64,000 bases of DNA from Candidatus Omnitrophota bacterium (GCA_029261035.1 JAJDCD010000023.1:301126-365125), one strand, 5' to 3'. Positions 19,294 to 29,439 are shown, counted from the stretch's first letter. Translations and numbers: made by a program. The notes: a model not told the origin generated them from the letters alone.

Positions 19294-20100
19294 CTACATT
19301 CCCATAATGGAATAACCAGAATCTACGTACAAAATATTTCCTGTAATCCCACGGGATAAATTACTCGCTAAAAATAAAGCGGTGTCACCCACTTCGCTTG
19401 CTTCGGTGTTTCTTTTAAGAGGAGCTTTTTCTCTAACAACCTTCAACATTTCGGTGAATCCAGAGATGCCTCTAGCCGCTAGTGTGTTAATTGGGCCTGC
19501 AGAAATTCCGTTAACACGAATGTTTTTAGCGCCCAAGTCACTCGCAAGATAACGAATGCTTGCTTCAAGAGCCGCTTTAGCAACTCCCATTACATTGTAT
19601 CGAGGTACTACAGCAACACTTCCAAGATAGGTTAACGCAACAATGCTTCCACCTTCGGTCATAAGAGGAACGGCATGTTTTGAGATGGCTGTTAAAGAGT
19701 AGGCGCTGATATCATGAGCAAGGTGAAACCCGTCTCGTGAAGTGCTGACGAAATCTGTTTCCAAATCTTCCTTTTTAGCAAATGCAACGCAATGTACTAG
19801 GATATCAATTTGACCAAAGCTATTTTTAAGCTCGTCAAACACAGCTTTAATTTCATCATCGTTAGTTACATCACAAGGAAGTACTTGTGAGCCTTCTAGT
19901 GTGTCTGCTAAATCACGGACATTCTTTTCGATTCTTTCGCCTTGGAAAGTGAAAGCTATTTGAGCTCCTTGAGACGCTAAAGATTGTGCGATGGCCCAAG
20001 CAATGCTTCTTTTGTTGGCAACACCGAAAATGACCGCTTTTTTACCTTTCAATAACATGGTTTCTCCTTTATTTTGAGTTTCAGTCGTTGTTTCACTCAT
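19294..20100 (-). CDS. fabI: Enoyl-ACP reductase
   Basis: GVANKRSIAWAIA, YNVMGVAKAALE, ISAGPINTLAA. Confidence 0.95.
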   Translation of the reverse strand: MSETTTETQNKGETMLLKGKKAVIFGVANKRSIAWAIAQSLASQGAQIAFTFQGERIEKNVRDLADTLEGSQVLPCDVTNDDEIKAVFDELKNSFGQIDILVHCVAFAKKEDLETDFVSTSRDGFHLAHDISAYSLTAISKHAVPLMTEGGSIVALTYLGSVAVVPRYNVMGVAKAALEASIRYLASDLGAKNIRVNGISAGPINTLAARGISGFTEMLKVVREKAPLKRNTEASEVGDTALFLASNLSRGITGNILYVDSGYSIMGM

Positions 20101-20215
20101 GATATTCTCCAGTCTAAACAGATAATTGTGAACCCCTGTCCTATAAGGGATAAGGGTTTATTTTTTGTGATTACCGGTGTATTATACAGCTCCTTTTAGG
20201 GATGTAAAGAGAACG

Positions 20216-20248
20216 TTAGCGGATAGCGTTTAGCGTAGAGCGGATAGG
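20216..20248. repeat. Degenerate 7-mer tandem repeat
   Basis: tagcgga tagcgtt tagcgta gagcgga tagg; same units at 25539-25570. Confidence 0.65.
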
Positions 20249-20256
20249 AAAATCTT

Positions 20257-20373
20257 TGTCATCCCCGGCTTGATCGGGGATCCAGTGTCTTTGTTGTATC
20301 TGCTTACAAAATAAAACCTTTTGTCTATCTGGATCCCGCCATGCCTTCGGCAGGCATTAAGTGCGGGATGAGA
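20257..20373. repeat. REP-like palindrome (GTCATCCC..GGATCC subfamily) with nested atgccttcggcaggcat
   Basis: tgtcatccccggcttgatcggggatccag / ctggatcccgc..gcgggatgaga. Confidence 0.75.
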
Positions 20374-20415
20374 GGGTGGAAGGTTTTACTAAGGACTATA
20401 GAAAAGAGAAGAGTG

Positions 20416-21606
20416 ATGACGAATAAGAAAAATCAAGTTATTAGAACCAGTTTAGGGCTGAAAGATGAAGTCCTAGACGATTTAGAAAAAGACTATAAAA
20501 GCCCGCTCGTTGAGAAGATGAAGCAGGAGGGTAACCGTCTGTCTATTGGGAACTTCAATTTTCACATTGCCCAAGAATTTGGGTTTTGTTATGGAGTTGA
20601 AAAAACGGTCGACTTTGCTTACCAAACGATTAAAAAATTTCCAGATAAGAAAATTTATACAACTAGCGAAATGATTCATAACCCCAGAGTTAATTTAAGA
20701 TTAAGGGATTTGGGCGTCGAGTTTTTAGATGGACAGTATTCTCAAGGAAAGAGTCTAAACGATATCACTGAAGAGGATGTGGTTTTAATCCCTGCTTTTG
20801 GTTTAACACCCAATGATTTAGAGAGGCTGAAAGAAAAAGGATGTATTTTAGTGGATACGACTTGCGGGTCGGTTGTCCATGTATGGAAACGTGTAGAACG
20901 TTATGCAAAAGAAGGTTTTACATCTTTGATTCACGGCAAATACAATCATGAAGAAACGATTGCGACGAGTTCGCATGTTACGGAAGGTCCTGGAGGACAC
21001 TTTATTGTTGTGCGTGATATGCCTCAAACACAAACCGTTTGTGATTACATAGAAAATGGTGGAGATAAAGACAAGTTCCTTGAGGAGTTTAAGCTGGCTG
21101 TTTCTGAAGGGTTTGATCCAGATAAACATCTACCTCAGATGGGGGTTGCTAACCAAACAACCATGTTAAGTTCAGAGTCTTTGGAGATAGCAGAAAAAAT
21201 AAAGCAATCTTTAAGCAAGCGATATGGGAGTGAAAATATAAATGAACACTTTCGCTCATTCGACACTATCTGTAGCGCCACACAAGAACGACAAGATGCT
21301 ATTTTGGAATTAGCTCAATCCAAGACAATCGATTTGATTTTGGTCATAGGAGGTTATAACTCCAGCAATACAACGCATTTGGCTGAGCTGAGTTTGGAGT
21401 ATCACCCTGCATTTCATATTCAAGAAGCTTCTGAAATTTTATCTTTAAAAGAGATTCGACATCAGCCTATTGGGAAAGAAGACCAGGTTGTGGAATCGGG
21501 TTGGTTGCCTCAGGGCAAAGTTTCCATTGGATTAACGGCAGGAGCCTCTACGCCTAACCGTGTGATAGAGGATGTTATTCAAAGACTGATTGAACTGAGC
21601 AAATAA
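20416..21606 (+). CDS. ispH: 4-hydroxy-3-methylbut-2-enyl diphosphate reductase
   Basis: FGFCYGV, IHNP, DTTC, HEET, NQTTM, DTICSATQERQDA, SSNT, TAGASTP. Start moved from 20341 because that extension lies in a repeat. Confidence 0.95.
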   Translation: MTNKKNQVIRTSLGLKDEVLDDLEKDYKSPLVEKMKQEGNRLSIGNFNFHIAQEFGFCYGVEKTVDFAYQTIKKFPDKKIYTTSEMIHNPRVNLRLRDLGVEFLDGQYSQGKSLNDITEEDVVLIPAFGLTPNDLERLKEKGCILVDTTCGSVVHVWKRVERYAKEGFTSLIHGKYNHEETIATSSHVTEGPGGHFIVVRDMPQTQTVCDYIENGGDKDKFLEEFKLAVSEGFDPDKHLPQMGVANQTTMLSSESLEIAEKIKQSLSKRYGSENINEHFRSFDTICSATQERQDAILELAQSKTIDLILVIGGYNSSNTTHLAELSLEYHPAFHIQEASEILSLKEIRHQPIGKEDQVVESGWLPQGKVSIGLTAGASTPNRVIEDVIQRLIELSK

Positions 21607-21667
21607 TAAAGCTATTATAAGTCTCTCTTATTATTAAAGTTTGATTGGATAGAGACAAAGGGCACGA

Positions 21668-21859
21668 ATGAAAGCATTTCAATTTATTTATATTTTTATT
21701 ATCGGCCATTTATTTGTTTGGGTTCCGTTTGCATTACTGGATTTTTTGTTTTGTCACGGAAAGATGTTTGCTGATGGCCCTTCTTTATTTTTGGTTGAGA
21801 TGGTAGCAATTACATTTGTTGCAGCTAAGTTGAAAAAAACATGGACACAAGAAGGGTGA
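21668..21859 (+). CDS. Small hydrophobic membrane protein
   Basis: 63 aa, two hydrophobic segments, in operon orientation. Confidence 0.45.
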   Translation: MKAFQFIYIFIIGHLFVWVPFALLDFLFCHGKMFADGPSLFLVEMVAITFVAAKLKKTWTQEG

Positions 21860-21896
21860 CGGCGTTCGTTATCCTTATCAAGGGATTCTTATCATT

Positions 21897-22247
21897 ATGA
21901 TGAAATTAGTAGCTCTAGGCTTAGCAGTCTTTTTAATATTCTACTTTTTTAATTGGGCCCGCAGAAAAAATTTATATGGGGATACAAAAGAAGTTGAGAC
22001 TAAAAAAATAAAATTGCCTGAAATTTTGAAAGAAAGCTGGATTCAGCTTTACGAAACAGCATCTAAAGCCGAAGCGCAGCAGTTAAAAGCGCATTTAGAA
22101 GAATTAGAAGTGCAAAGTATTTTATATGAACAAGGAAAGAAAAGCGTTGATGGAAAAGAGCTTCCTGGAATTGGCTTTGTTGTTCCAAAAAGTCAATTAC
22201 GGCGCGCACAAAATTTATTATTTAGATTTTTAGAACGAAATAAATAA
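21897..22247 (+). CDS. Hypothetical protein with N-terminal TM and DUF2007-like domain
   Basis: WIQLY..AEAQQLKAHLE..VVPKSQLRRA pattern. Confidence 0.55.
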   Translation: MMKLVALGLAVFLIFYFFNWARRKNLYGDTKEVETKKIKLPEILKESWIQLYETASKAEAQQLKAHLEELEVQSILYEQGKKSVDGKELPGIGFVVPKSQLRRAQNLLFRFLERNK

Positions 22248-22279
22248 ACAGATAGATTATTTAAGAGGAGAAGCTGCGC

Positions 22280-22828
22280 ATGTTATTACCTAAAAAAGCA
22301 TTTTTAACTAAAGGTGTTGGAGTTCATACCGAAAAATTATCTAGTTTTGAAGTTGCGCTTCGAGATGCGAGCATTGCTCAATACAACCTGGTGCGTGTTT
22401 CTAGTATTTATCCTCCGCATTGCCAAATGATTCCTAAAAGTTCAGGGCAAAAACACATGAGTCCAGGCCAGATTGTTCATGTCGTAATGAGTGAATCTTC
22501 TACGAATGAACCCAACCGTCTGATTGCAGCATCTGTTGGGGTTGCCAGACCTAAAGATCCTAATCACTACGGTTATCTTTCTGAGCATCACTCCTATGGT
22601 GAAACAGCAAAAAAAGCAAATGATTATGCAGAAGATTTAGCCGCAGAAATGCTGGCAACAATTTTGGGTGCAAAGCGTTTTGATTTAGATAAAAGTTGGA
22701 ACGAAAAACGAGAAGAATGGAAAATTATGTCTGATATCGTAAAGACCCAATCGATCACTCAATCGGCACAAGGCGATAAAAGTGGTAAGTGGACAACAGT
22801 CGTAGCTGCTTGTGTTTTTATTATGTAA
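22280..22828 (+). CDS. pdaD: Pyruvoyl-dependent arginine decarboxylase
   Basis: PKKAFLTKGVG, SFEVALRDA, YNLVRVSSI (self-cleavage SS), GYLSEHH, WTTVVAA. Confidence 0.9.
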   Translation: MLLPKKAFLTKGVGVHTEKLSSFEVALRDASIAQYNLVRVSSIYPPHCQMIPKSSGQKHMSPGQIVHVVMSESSTNEPNRLIAASVGVARPKDPNHYGYLSEHHSYGETAKKANDYAEDLAAEMLATILGAKRFDLDKSWNEKREEWKIMSDIVKTQSITQSAQGDKSGKWTTVVAACVFIM

Positions 22829-22837
22829 TATTTATTT

Positions 22838-22875
22838 CCCTCGCCTCTTTGAGGAGAGGGTTAGGGTGAGGAGGG
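22838..22875. repeat. CCCTC..GGAGAGGGTTAGGGTGAG-type palindromic repeat between convergent genes
   Basis: ccctcgcctctttgaggagagggttagggtgaggaggg; related sequence at 3275-3300. Confidence 0.55.
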
Positions 22876-23811
22876 TTACTTCCGATCTTTCCTGCCATAT
22901 TTAAATGCAATCATCTGATAAGCAATTCTCGCACACGTAAATTCCGAATAAACAAAATCTTCCTTTGGGGCTAATTCCATAATATCCAATCCAACCACAT
23001 TTTTTCTTTTTGCAACTTCTCTTAAAAGTTCTATAAGTTCGATGTATTCTAACCCTCCAGGTTCTGGAGTCCCTGTAGCGGGAATGATCGAGGGGTCCAA
23101 CCCATCTGTATCAATCGAAATATAGACATTTTTATTTAAACTTGTAACTACTTCATTAACCCAATCTTTAGTGGGTTTCTCATGGAGTTCATGCGCAAAA
23201 AACATTTTAATTTTGTTCTTCTTCACATAATCCCATTGATCTTGAGAAAGTGTTCTCATTCCTACATGGACTGTTTTAACTAAATCGCTGACCCGTCGTA
23301 GAGCAGAAGCATGAGAGTAATTTGTGCCTTCATAAGAATCTCTTAAGTCTCCATGCGCATCAATATGCAGAACAGAAAGTTTGGGAGTAAATTCGTGAAA
23401 GGCCTTGATGATCCCCGAAGAAACGGAATGCTCTCCTCCTAACGAAATAATAAACTTCTTATCTTTAACGCACTTAAGTGTTTGCTGATACACTTTTTCG
23501 ATATAAGGCTCTGGCTTAGAATATTTTTTCGAAGGGTTTAGAGGGGCAGAGGTGTGTATTCCTAACGCTTTAAATGATTTTTTGGAATAAACATCGAAGT
23601 CTTCAATAAAACGAGAGGCATCGATAATAGCCCGAGGGCCTTTGCTGGTTCCGGTAGTGTAAGAGACGGTTCCTTCATAGGGAAATAACTGAACGACAAT
23701 CGCGGACTTTTTGTAGTCGACATATTTTTTAGGTAACCCCAAAAAGTTATAAGGAGGATCTTTTCTTTTGAGGTACGCTACTTTTTTAGGTCGTATATTT
23801 TTCTTCTTCAC
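22876..23811 (-). CDS. speB: Agmatinase
   Basis: GGEHS, DAHGD, SIDTDGLDP, TGTPEPGG, ELAP. Confidence 0.9.
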   Translation of the reverse strand: MKKKNIRPKKVAYLKRKDPPYNFLGLPKKYVDYKKSAIVVQLFPYEGTVSYTTGTSKGPRAIIDASRFIEDFDVYSKKSFKALGIHTSAPLNPSKKYSKPEPYIEKVYQQTLKCVKDKKFIISLGGEHSVSSGIIKAFHEFTPKLSVLHIDAHGDLRDSYEGTNYSHASALRRVSDLVKTVHVGMRTLSQDQWDYVKKNKIKMFFAHELHEKPTKDWVNEVVTSLNKNVYISIDTDGLDPSIIPATGTPEPGGLEYIELIELLREVAKRKNVVGLDIMELAPKEDFVYSEFTCARIAYQMIAFKYGRKDRK

Positions 23812-23876
23812 AAAAAATCACCATCCCACATAAAAGTATGCCATAGGATAGGTGATATTGCTTTTGGAGTTCGAAA

Positions 23877-24527
23877 CTAAACAACTTCGTCAAACCCTTC
23901 AGGGACGGTGTATTCGAAAATTTGAGGGTCTATTTCGGCATTGATTTCTACTTGGGAGAAGGTGATTTGGGTGATGTCGCCGCTGGTTTCTTTCATGATG
24001 ACTTTTCTGGGGAAAAGGTCTTTGGATGAAAGGTGGATGACGATTTGTGTGTAAAAGGGAGTTAGTGATTTGTCTGTGGGTGTTAGAGAAAGAGAGTATG
24101 TTGTTTCGTTTCGAATGTCGCCAGGTTCAATGATAAAAGAATCGGCGAGTTTTAAGTCTTTGTTTCCCAATCCTAAAATTTGAAAGATGCGATCCGAACT
24201 TCCTCCAGCTACGGATATTTTTTGAACTTGTTTTGCCTCGGGAGACATCATCCAGGAGTTTTCTCCATTTAAAACTATTTTAGACTCTTTAGGTATCATG
24301 TAGTGCCACAAAATTTGTTGTGGTTCTTGATACCAAACCGTTCCATCTGAAATATATTCTTCTTCAAAAAGTGTGAATACTTTTTTCTGAGAAAAGTTGG
24401 CTTTTAAGGTTATGATTTCTTTTTTTGCTGATTCGTAGGATTCTACAATGGAAGGAGAGGCACCGTCGGATACTGGGACCATGGTGGCGCATAGAAAAAT
24501 GGAAATACCTAGTAATTTTGAAAACAT
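23877..24527 (-). CDS. LolA-family outer-membrane lipoprotein carrier protein
   Basis: Signal peptide; LKANFSQ, GTVWYQEP..WHY, C-terminal F.Y.VP. Confidence 0.75.
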   Translation of the reverse strand: MFSKLLGISIFLCATMVPVSDGASPSIVESYESAKKEIITLKANFSQKKVFTLFEEEYISDGTVWYQEPQQILWHYMIPKESKIVLNGENSWMMSPEAKQVQKISVAGGSSDRIFQILGLGNKDLKLADSFIIEPGDIRNETTYSLSLTPTDKSLTPFYTQIVIHLSSKDLFPRKVIMKETSGDITQITFSQVEINAEIDPQIFEYTVPEGFDEVV

Positions 24528-24560
24528 GGTGCGGCTCCTATGTTTATTAAGCGAGATTTT

Positions 24561-24646
24561 TTAATGCTTACAGCCTGCCCTTTGCCTAGGGGACACACAC
24601 TTTTGTCACAATTACTGTGTAATGGTTACAAAAGTCTATGTCCCCG
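24561..24646 (+). repeat. GGGGACA...TGTCCCC hairpin repeat, copy 1 of 4
   Basis: acagcc..cctttgcctaggggacac.cacttttg..caaaagtc.atgtcccc; copies at 26421, 51273, 59244. Confidence 0.85.
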
Positions 24647-24660
24647 ACTTCCTTTTCGCT

Positions 24661-25464
24661 CTACTCATTGGTGATTGTTTCTATTTCGACGCCATCGGGT
24701 ATTTTATATTCAAAGAGTTCGGGTTTGAGTGAGCTGTTTATTTTGTATTTTTTCATTTCCCAATAAAGACTGGTTCTTGGGTTGGTTCGAATTATTTGAG
24801 TTTCTTTTGGAAGGAAGACACTTCCTTCTTGAACGTAGTTGCTGCGATGAATTTCAAGTTCTTTAATGCCTAAATTGTTGTAATAAATTTCTCGTTCGAT
24901 GTTTAGAAAATAGCGCTCTACCCAGATTTGTCTTTCCATGAATTTATCTATACCCTTTTTTCTAAATACGGTAATGATGTAATGCTCTGGTTCGGTTTGA
25001 AACTCGATGATGTAGTCCGATGTTTGAGGGATGGGTTGAGCTTCTATTGCTTTAATGAGGTCGTCAGGACGTAAGCCTAAAGTGAATTCTTCAATTTTAT
25101 TTAATTTGTTTATGTTTCCTGTTAACACAATATTTTCTCTTGGGACATGGAGCCAAAATTCTTTGCTGTCTGAAACGAGTGTAAAGAAGGTTGGGATGAG
25201 AGACTTGTAACCTTTAAGGTAGAGTTTTCCTTCTTTTTCGTAAGCAAGAACCCCTTGGCATTTATTTGTGCCAGCCATCCCTGGGTCGACATATTCCAAG
25301 TCGATGTTTGTTTTTACAGATTTAAGGTTAGCAAAAGAAGTGTTTATTTTAAGAGTTAATTGTTCTAAGGAAGCGGATTGAATAGGAGCTTTGGTCGGTG
25401 TTGTTGCGCAACTAGAGCAAAGAAATAAAACAGTTAAGATGTAAGACAAATATTTGGTTTTCAC
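24661..25464 (-). CDS. LolA/LolB-fold lipoprotein (DUF4292-like)
   Basis: Lipobox SSC; beta-rich body ending LFEYKIPDGV; GTG start. Confidence 0.6.
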   Translation of the reverse strand: MKTKYLSYILTVLFLCSSCATTPTKAPIQSASLEQLTLKINTSFANLKSVKTNIDLEYVDPGMAGTNKCQGVLAYEKEGKLYLKGYKSLIPTFFTLVSDSKEFWLHVPRENIVLTGNINKLNKIEEFTLGLRPDDLIKAIEAQPIPQTSDYIIEFQTEPEHYIITVFRKKGIDKFMERQIWVERYFLNIEREIYYNNLGIKELEIHRSNYVQEGSVFLPKETQIIRTNPRTSLYWEMKKYKINSSLKPELFEYKIPDGVEIETITNE

Positions 25465-25538
25465 AAAGACGCTCCTTTAAGAAAGCAAAGATAACAGAAG
25501 ATGGGGGTGAAGAGCAAGGGAATAAATCCTTTGTCTAC

Positions 25539-25722
25539 TAGCGGATAGCGTAGAGCGTTTAGGGTATAGGAAAAACTTCTTTTGTCTGAGATTGTCACGG
25601 CTCATATATCTTTGCCTCACAATGACAATGTTGAGGGGTTGTCATTCCCGACTGGGTTGATTGTCATCCTAGAGCGAAGCGAAGGATCTGTTTGTACTAT
25701 ATAAAGGGGATCTATAATGACA
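25539..25722. repeat. Cluster of 7-mer repeats and nested or partial GTCAT-family REPs
   Basis: tagcgga..; gagattgtcacgg..cctcacaatgaca; tgtcattcccg; tgtcatcctagagcgaagcgaaggatct. Confidence 0.7.
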
Positions 25723-25729
25723 GGGGCTG

Positions 25730-26320
25730 CTAGGCTTCACGCGTGAGTTCAGATTTTGCGTAGAGAATGCGTTGAATGGCTGTGAAGTTAGAGAGTATAG
25801 CGATGGTCCAAAGAGCAAAAATCATAATGACAGGGAAAAGAGCAGCGATACCTAGAATAACAAGGCGTTCTCCGCGTTCCATAAAGCCTGCTTTGCATTC
25901 CACACCTAAGGCTTCCATTCGGGCGCGGCTGTAACTGGTAACGCTGCTTCCTATTAGAACTAAAATACAGACAAATACGGCGCTTATATTGTCCATTTGA
26001 ACATAATGAAAAAGAACCCCTCCGAAGATAAAAAAGTCAGCGAACCGGTCCATGGTTGAGTCAAAAAAAGCTCCAAATTTAGAACCTAGATTACAAGTCC
26101 GAGAAAGAGAACCGTCCAGCAAATCTAAAAAACCAGAGATAAGTCCGAGCATGCAGGCCAAGAACCAATTGTGGTAGATTCCAATAGTGATCCCAGTGAG
26201 CAAACTGAAAAAAACTCCGAGTAAAGTTAAGTGGTCTGGTTTCACGTTGAAAGAGTTTAGTTTATGAGAAGCTGCTTCCAAGCTTTTTTTTAGATGAGGG
26301 TAAACGTGTTTTCTGAGCAT
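25730..26320 (-). CDS. CDP-alcohol phosphatidyltransferase family protein
   Basis: PDHLT, DLLDGSLSR..SKFGAFFDSTMDRFAD, SYSRAR, ERGER. Confidence 0.9.
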   Translation of the reverse strand: MLRKHVYPHLKKSLEAASHKLNSFNVKPDHLTLLGVFFSLLTGITIGIYHNWFLACMLGLISGFLDLLDGSLSRTCNLGSKFGAFFDSTMDRFADFFIFGGVLFHYVQMDNISAVFVCILVLIGSSVTSYSRARMEALGVECKAGFMERGERLVILGIAALFPVIMIFALWTIAILSNFTAIQRILYAKSELTREA

Positions 26321-26378
26321 TTGGGTCCTTTTTAAGCCTTGCTTTTAGAGATAAGTTCTTTGATAATAACGGCACGCA

Positions 26379-26406
26379 GGTGGCTGTCACTTTAGTGACT
26401 GTCACC
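26379..26406. repeat. GTGACTGTCAC doublet palindrome
   Basis: ggtggctgtcac tttagtgactgtcacc; the same unit occurs at 26905, 34911, 47811, 51213, 59102. Confidence 0.7.
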
Positions 26407-26420
26407 GTTTATTTAAGTAT

Positions 26421-26531
26421 TTTAATGGGTACAGCCTTTCCTTTGTCTAGGAGACACGCACTTTTGTCACAATTGCTGCCCGCCAACAAGGCGGCGGACA
26501 AGCGTAATGGTTCCAAAAGTCCACGTCCCCG
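26421..26531 (+). repeat. GGGGACA...TGTCCCC repeat, copy 2, with a 24-nt nested insertion at 26479-26502
   Basis: Aligns with the other 3 copies except for cccgccaacaaggcggcggacaag in the apical loop. Confidence 0.85.
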
Positions 26532-26575
26532 GTTTTGCTCTTCATTAAAGCTTTTATTTAAAAAAAGGAAATAAT

Positions 26576-26902
26576 ATGGAAACAGTTACGATTAATGATT
26601 TTGCAAAGTTGGATATTCGCATTGCTGAAATCACAGCAGCGGAGGAACATCCAAATGCAGATAAACTTATTTTGTTGAAGTTGAAAGTTGGGGAAGAGGA
26701 AAAGCAGATCGTTGCAGGTATTAAAAAGTTTTATTCTTTTGATGAGTTGGTTGGAAAGAAGATTACGATTATTAATAACTTGGAGCCTGTGGAACTTCGA
26801 GGTGAGCGTTCTGAGGGGATGCTTTTAGCTGCAAGTGATGATGATGGACTTACGCTTGTTACTCCCGAAAAAGACATTTCATGTGGGGCGAGAGTTAAGT
26901 AA
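26576..26902 (+). CDS. tRNA-binding OB-fold protein (MetG C-terminal/Trbp111/CsaA-like)
   Basis: DFAKLDIRIAEI, HPNADKL, QIVAGI, NLEP..LRGERSEGMLLAA. Confidence 0.9.
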   Translation: METVTINDFAKLDIRIAEITAAEEHPNADKLILLKLKVGEEEKQIVAGIKKFYSFDELVGKKITIINNLEPVELRGERSEGMLLAASDDDGLTLVTPEKDISCGARVK

Positions 26903-26904
26903 CT

Positions 26905-26951
26905 AGTGACAGTCACCATGGTCTGCGACGCGCAGCCTGTTGACAGTCACT
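26905..26951 (-). repeat. GTGACTGTCAC doublet with spacer hairpin; near reverse complement of 59102-59149
   Basis: agtgacagtcaccatggtctgcgacgcgcagcctgttgacagtcact. Confidence 0.8.
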
Positions 26952-29391
26952 AATTCCTGCCTTGTTGTTCTTCGGAGATGTTTCCAATACCAAAACTTCT
27001 AAGGCTGAGACTTTGATTAGGATCCATTGGATTGATGTTTCTTTGGCTTGCCCCTGTGCTGATTGAGGCTTTTTGATTTTCCTCTAACTTTCTTAAATTT
27101 GCGGCCGCATTTTTGTGTGTTGGCTTTGCTCTTAAAGCAGATCTAAAGGCGTCTTTGGCTTGAGTGTCTTTTCCGGTTTTAGCATAGAGAGATCCGAGGT
27201 TGTTGAAGGCGTCTGCGTACTGCGGATTAATTTCTGTGGCTTTAATAAGCTGTTCTATGGCGGCATTTGTTTGTTCTTGCTTTTCTAAAGCCAGCGCAAG
27301 ATTAAAGTAAGCCTCTGCATAATTAGCATCCTTTTCAATAGCCAACCGGTATTGCTCTTCCGCCTTCTTGTTTTTACCTTCTCCAATATAAAGGAGTCCC
27401 AAGTTGTTGTAAGCTTTTGGATACTGAGCATCAATTTCTATTGCTTTGTTAAAGTGTTCAATAGCCAAATCTAGTTTTTTCTCTGAAACATAAACAATTG
27501 CAATATCATTATAAATAGCAGGATTTTCTGGGGCGAGTGTAATAGCTTTTGAAAAATTGTTATGGGCTTCTTCAAAATTCCCTATTTTGAAATCAACTTG
27601 ACCTAAACCGTAATAAGCTTCTGAATAATTAGGATTCACTTCCAGAGCTTTTAAATATAACTGTTTTGCTTTAGTCATATCTCCAAACTCGTAATACATT
27701 TTTCCGAGGTTGTGATAACCGATCGCATAATTTGGGTTAAGCTCAAGGGATTTTTCCATGTAAGCCATTGCTTCCGTTTTTCTTCCCATATCATTATATA
27801 TAACACCCAACAAGTTATAAGCAGCTTGAAAATTAGGGTCAATCTGAAGGGCCATTTTCAATTCTTGGATAGCCTTTTCGAACTTACCTTGTTTTTTAAG
27901 TAAGGTCGCCAAGTTATAATGAACTTGTTCGTTATCAACGCGGAGGTCTTTGGATTTTTCGTACAGAGCTTCTGCTTTTTCCATTTCTCCACGATCCACA
28001 TACATATTTGCTAGGTTGTTGTAAGCATTGGCGTGATTGGGGTCTAGTTCCAAAGTTTTTTCATATTGTCTTATGGCTTTATCGTCCAACCCTTTTTCTT
28101 GGTAGATGACGCCCATATTATTGTTTGCCTCTATGGCTCTTGGGTATTTACTTAAGACATCGTTGTAAAGGATTTCACTGTTTTTCCAAACAAGTGTACG
28201 TTCGTAAGCGGCATAAGAAAGTCCGGATGTAATCATTAGAACAAAAAATGTAAAGATACCTTTTTTCAACATGGGCGATAGAATAAGTCGAGAGTTGAGA
28301 TAGACAAAAAATAAACAAAACAAATAAATAATTCCTACGGAAGGTAAATACATATAACGATCTGCAGCAACAACAACAGTTGAGGAGGTTGTCACAGCAA
28401 GCGTTGGAGCCAATGTGACAAGAAATAAAGTGATTCCAAAATAGATTTCTCTCGTTTTATCTAAAGAAAGAAGCGTCAAGAGAATCAGGACAGAAAACAA
28501 GGCGAGAGGAATAGAGTATGCAGCATCGAGTAAGCGAATCGTTTCTGGAAAAGGGTACATGGCGGACAAGTTTAAAGGGACAAAGAGTTTTTCCAAATAA
28601 AAAATAATAGATTGAACTCCAACTAAAATACGATCCAAGTTCGAAAGAGCACTCATATAAGCTTCTTCCTGAAGCGAAAGAGCAATGAAACCAAAAACAA
28701 GGCTTAAAGCAAAAAATGGAAGCTTTTCAATTAAGTATTTTTCTCTATAGGGTTTTGGAAATTTAAAATCGATGAGAAACAGAATGAGAGGGAGTGTCAC
28801 GGACATGGGTTTTGATAGAAGAGCTAAAATAAACAGAACAAGACACAATATATATTGTTTAGCCGACCGAGAGTTTCGGTAATAGATGTAACTAATCAAT
28901 GCTCCAAAATAAAATAGGGTTGAGAGAACATCTCTTCTCTCCGTTACCCAAACGACAGATTCTACGTGTAAAGGGTGAACGGCAAAGATCAGCGCGGCAA
29001 AAAATGAAACCCATTTCTTCTGGCATAAGAGGTAAACCACCCACATTAAAAGAAGACAATTCAGCATGTGAAGAATGAGATTGTTTAAATGATAGAGATA
29101 CGGATCTAGCTCTACGAAAAAATATTCGAATTGATAAGTCAACAATGAAAGGGGGATGTAAATCAACTGTCCCTTAGGAGTGAATATTTCTTTGATATTT
29201 TCCCATGCGAGTGAGGTAATCACCGGGTTTTCGTATACGAATTTGTCATCATCCCAGCTGACAAATTCATTACTGAGAGAAGGTGCGTAAAGACAAGCAG
29301 TTAGTGCAATTATTATAAGACAAAAGAGAAAAATCCATTTTTTGGAAAATGAAGGTGTTATGGGTGCTAGCTTCTCTTTTTTTCGGCTCAT
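26950..29391 (-). CDS. TMTC-like membrane glycosyltransferase (GT-C) with C-terminal TPR array
   Basis: FVSWDD, YIPL, HPLHVESVVWVTERRD, SKP, ADRYMYLP; about 10 TPR repeats. Confidence 0.85.
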   Translation of the reverse strand: MSRKKEKLAPITPSFSKKWIFLFCLIIIALTACLYAPSLSNEFVSWDDDKFVYENPVITSLAWENIKEIFTPKGQLIYIPLSLLTYQFEYFFVELDPYLYHLNNLILHMLNCLLLMWVVYLLCQKKWVSFFAALIFAVHPLHVESVVWVTERRDVLSTLFYFGALISYIYYRNSRSAKQYILCLVLFILALLSKPMSVTLPLILFLIDFKFPKPYREKYLIEKLPFFALSLVFGFIALSLQEEAYMSALSNLDRILVGVQSIIFYLEKLFVPLNLSAMYPFPETIRLLDAAYSIPLALFSVLILLTLLSLDKTREIYFGITLFLVTLAPTLAVTTSSTVVVAADRYMYLPSVGIIYLFCLFFVYLNSRLILSPMLKKGIFTFFVLMITSGLSYAAYERTLVWKNSEILYNDVLSKYPRAIEANNNMGVIYQEKGLDDKAIRQYEKTLELDPNHANAYNNLANMYVDRGEMEKAEALYEKSKDLRVDNEQVHYNLATLLKKQGKFEKAIQELKMALQIDPNFQAAYNLLGVIYNDMGRKTEAMAYMEKSLELNPNYAIGYHNLGKMYYEFGDMTKAKQLYLKALEVNPNYSEAYYGLGQVDFKIGNFEEAHNNFSKAITLAPENPAIYNDIAIVYVSEKKLDLAIEHFNKAIEIDAQYPKAYNNLGLLYIGEGKNKKAEEQYRLAIEKDANYAEAYFNLALALEKQEQTNAAIEQLIKATEINPQYADAFNNLGSLYAKTGKDTQAKDAFRSALRAKPTHKNAAANLRKLEENQKASISTGASQRNINPMDPNQSLSLRSFGIGNISEEQQGRN

Positions 29392-29439
29392 TTGACAAGG
29401 GCTCCTTTACCCTGTAAATAGAAATAAATTAAAATAGTT

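Noticed and set aside
20341-20415. Upstream extensions of ispH (also hflK 31213, cyclodeaminase 51324, panB 52891)
   Set aside because: They lie in repeats or in the preceding gene; downstream starts match family N-termini and RBS positions.
26950-28150. Internal repeats as a possible diversity-generating or VNTR locus
   Set aside because: Ordinary degenerate TPR repeats; no template/variable repeat pair and no reverse transcriptase.
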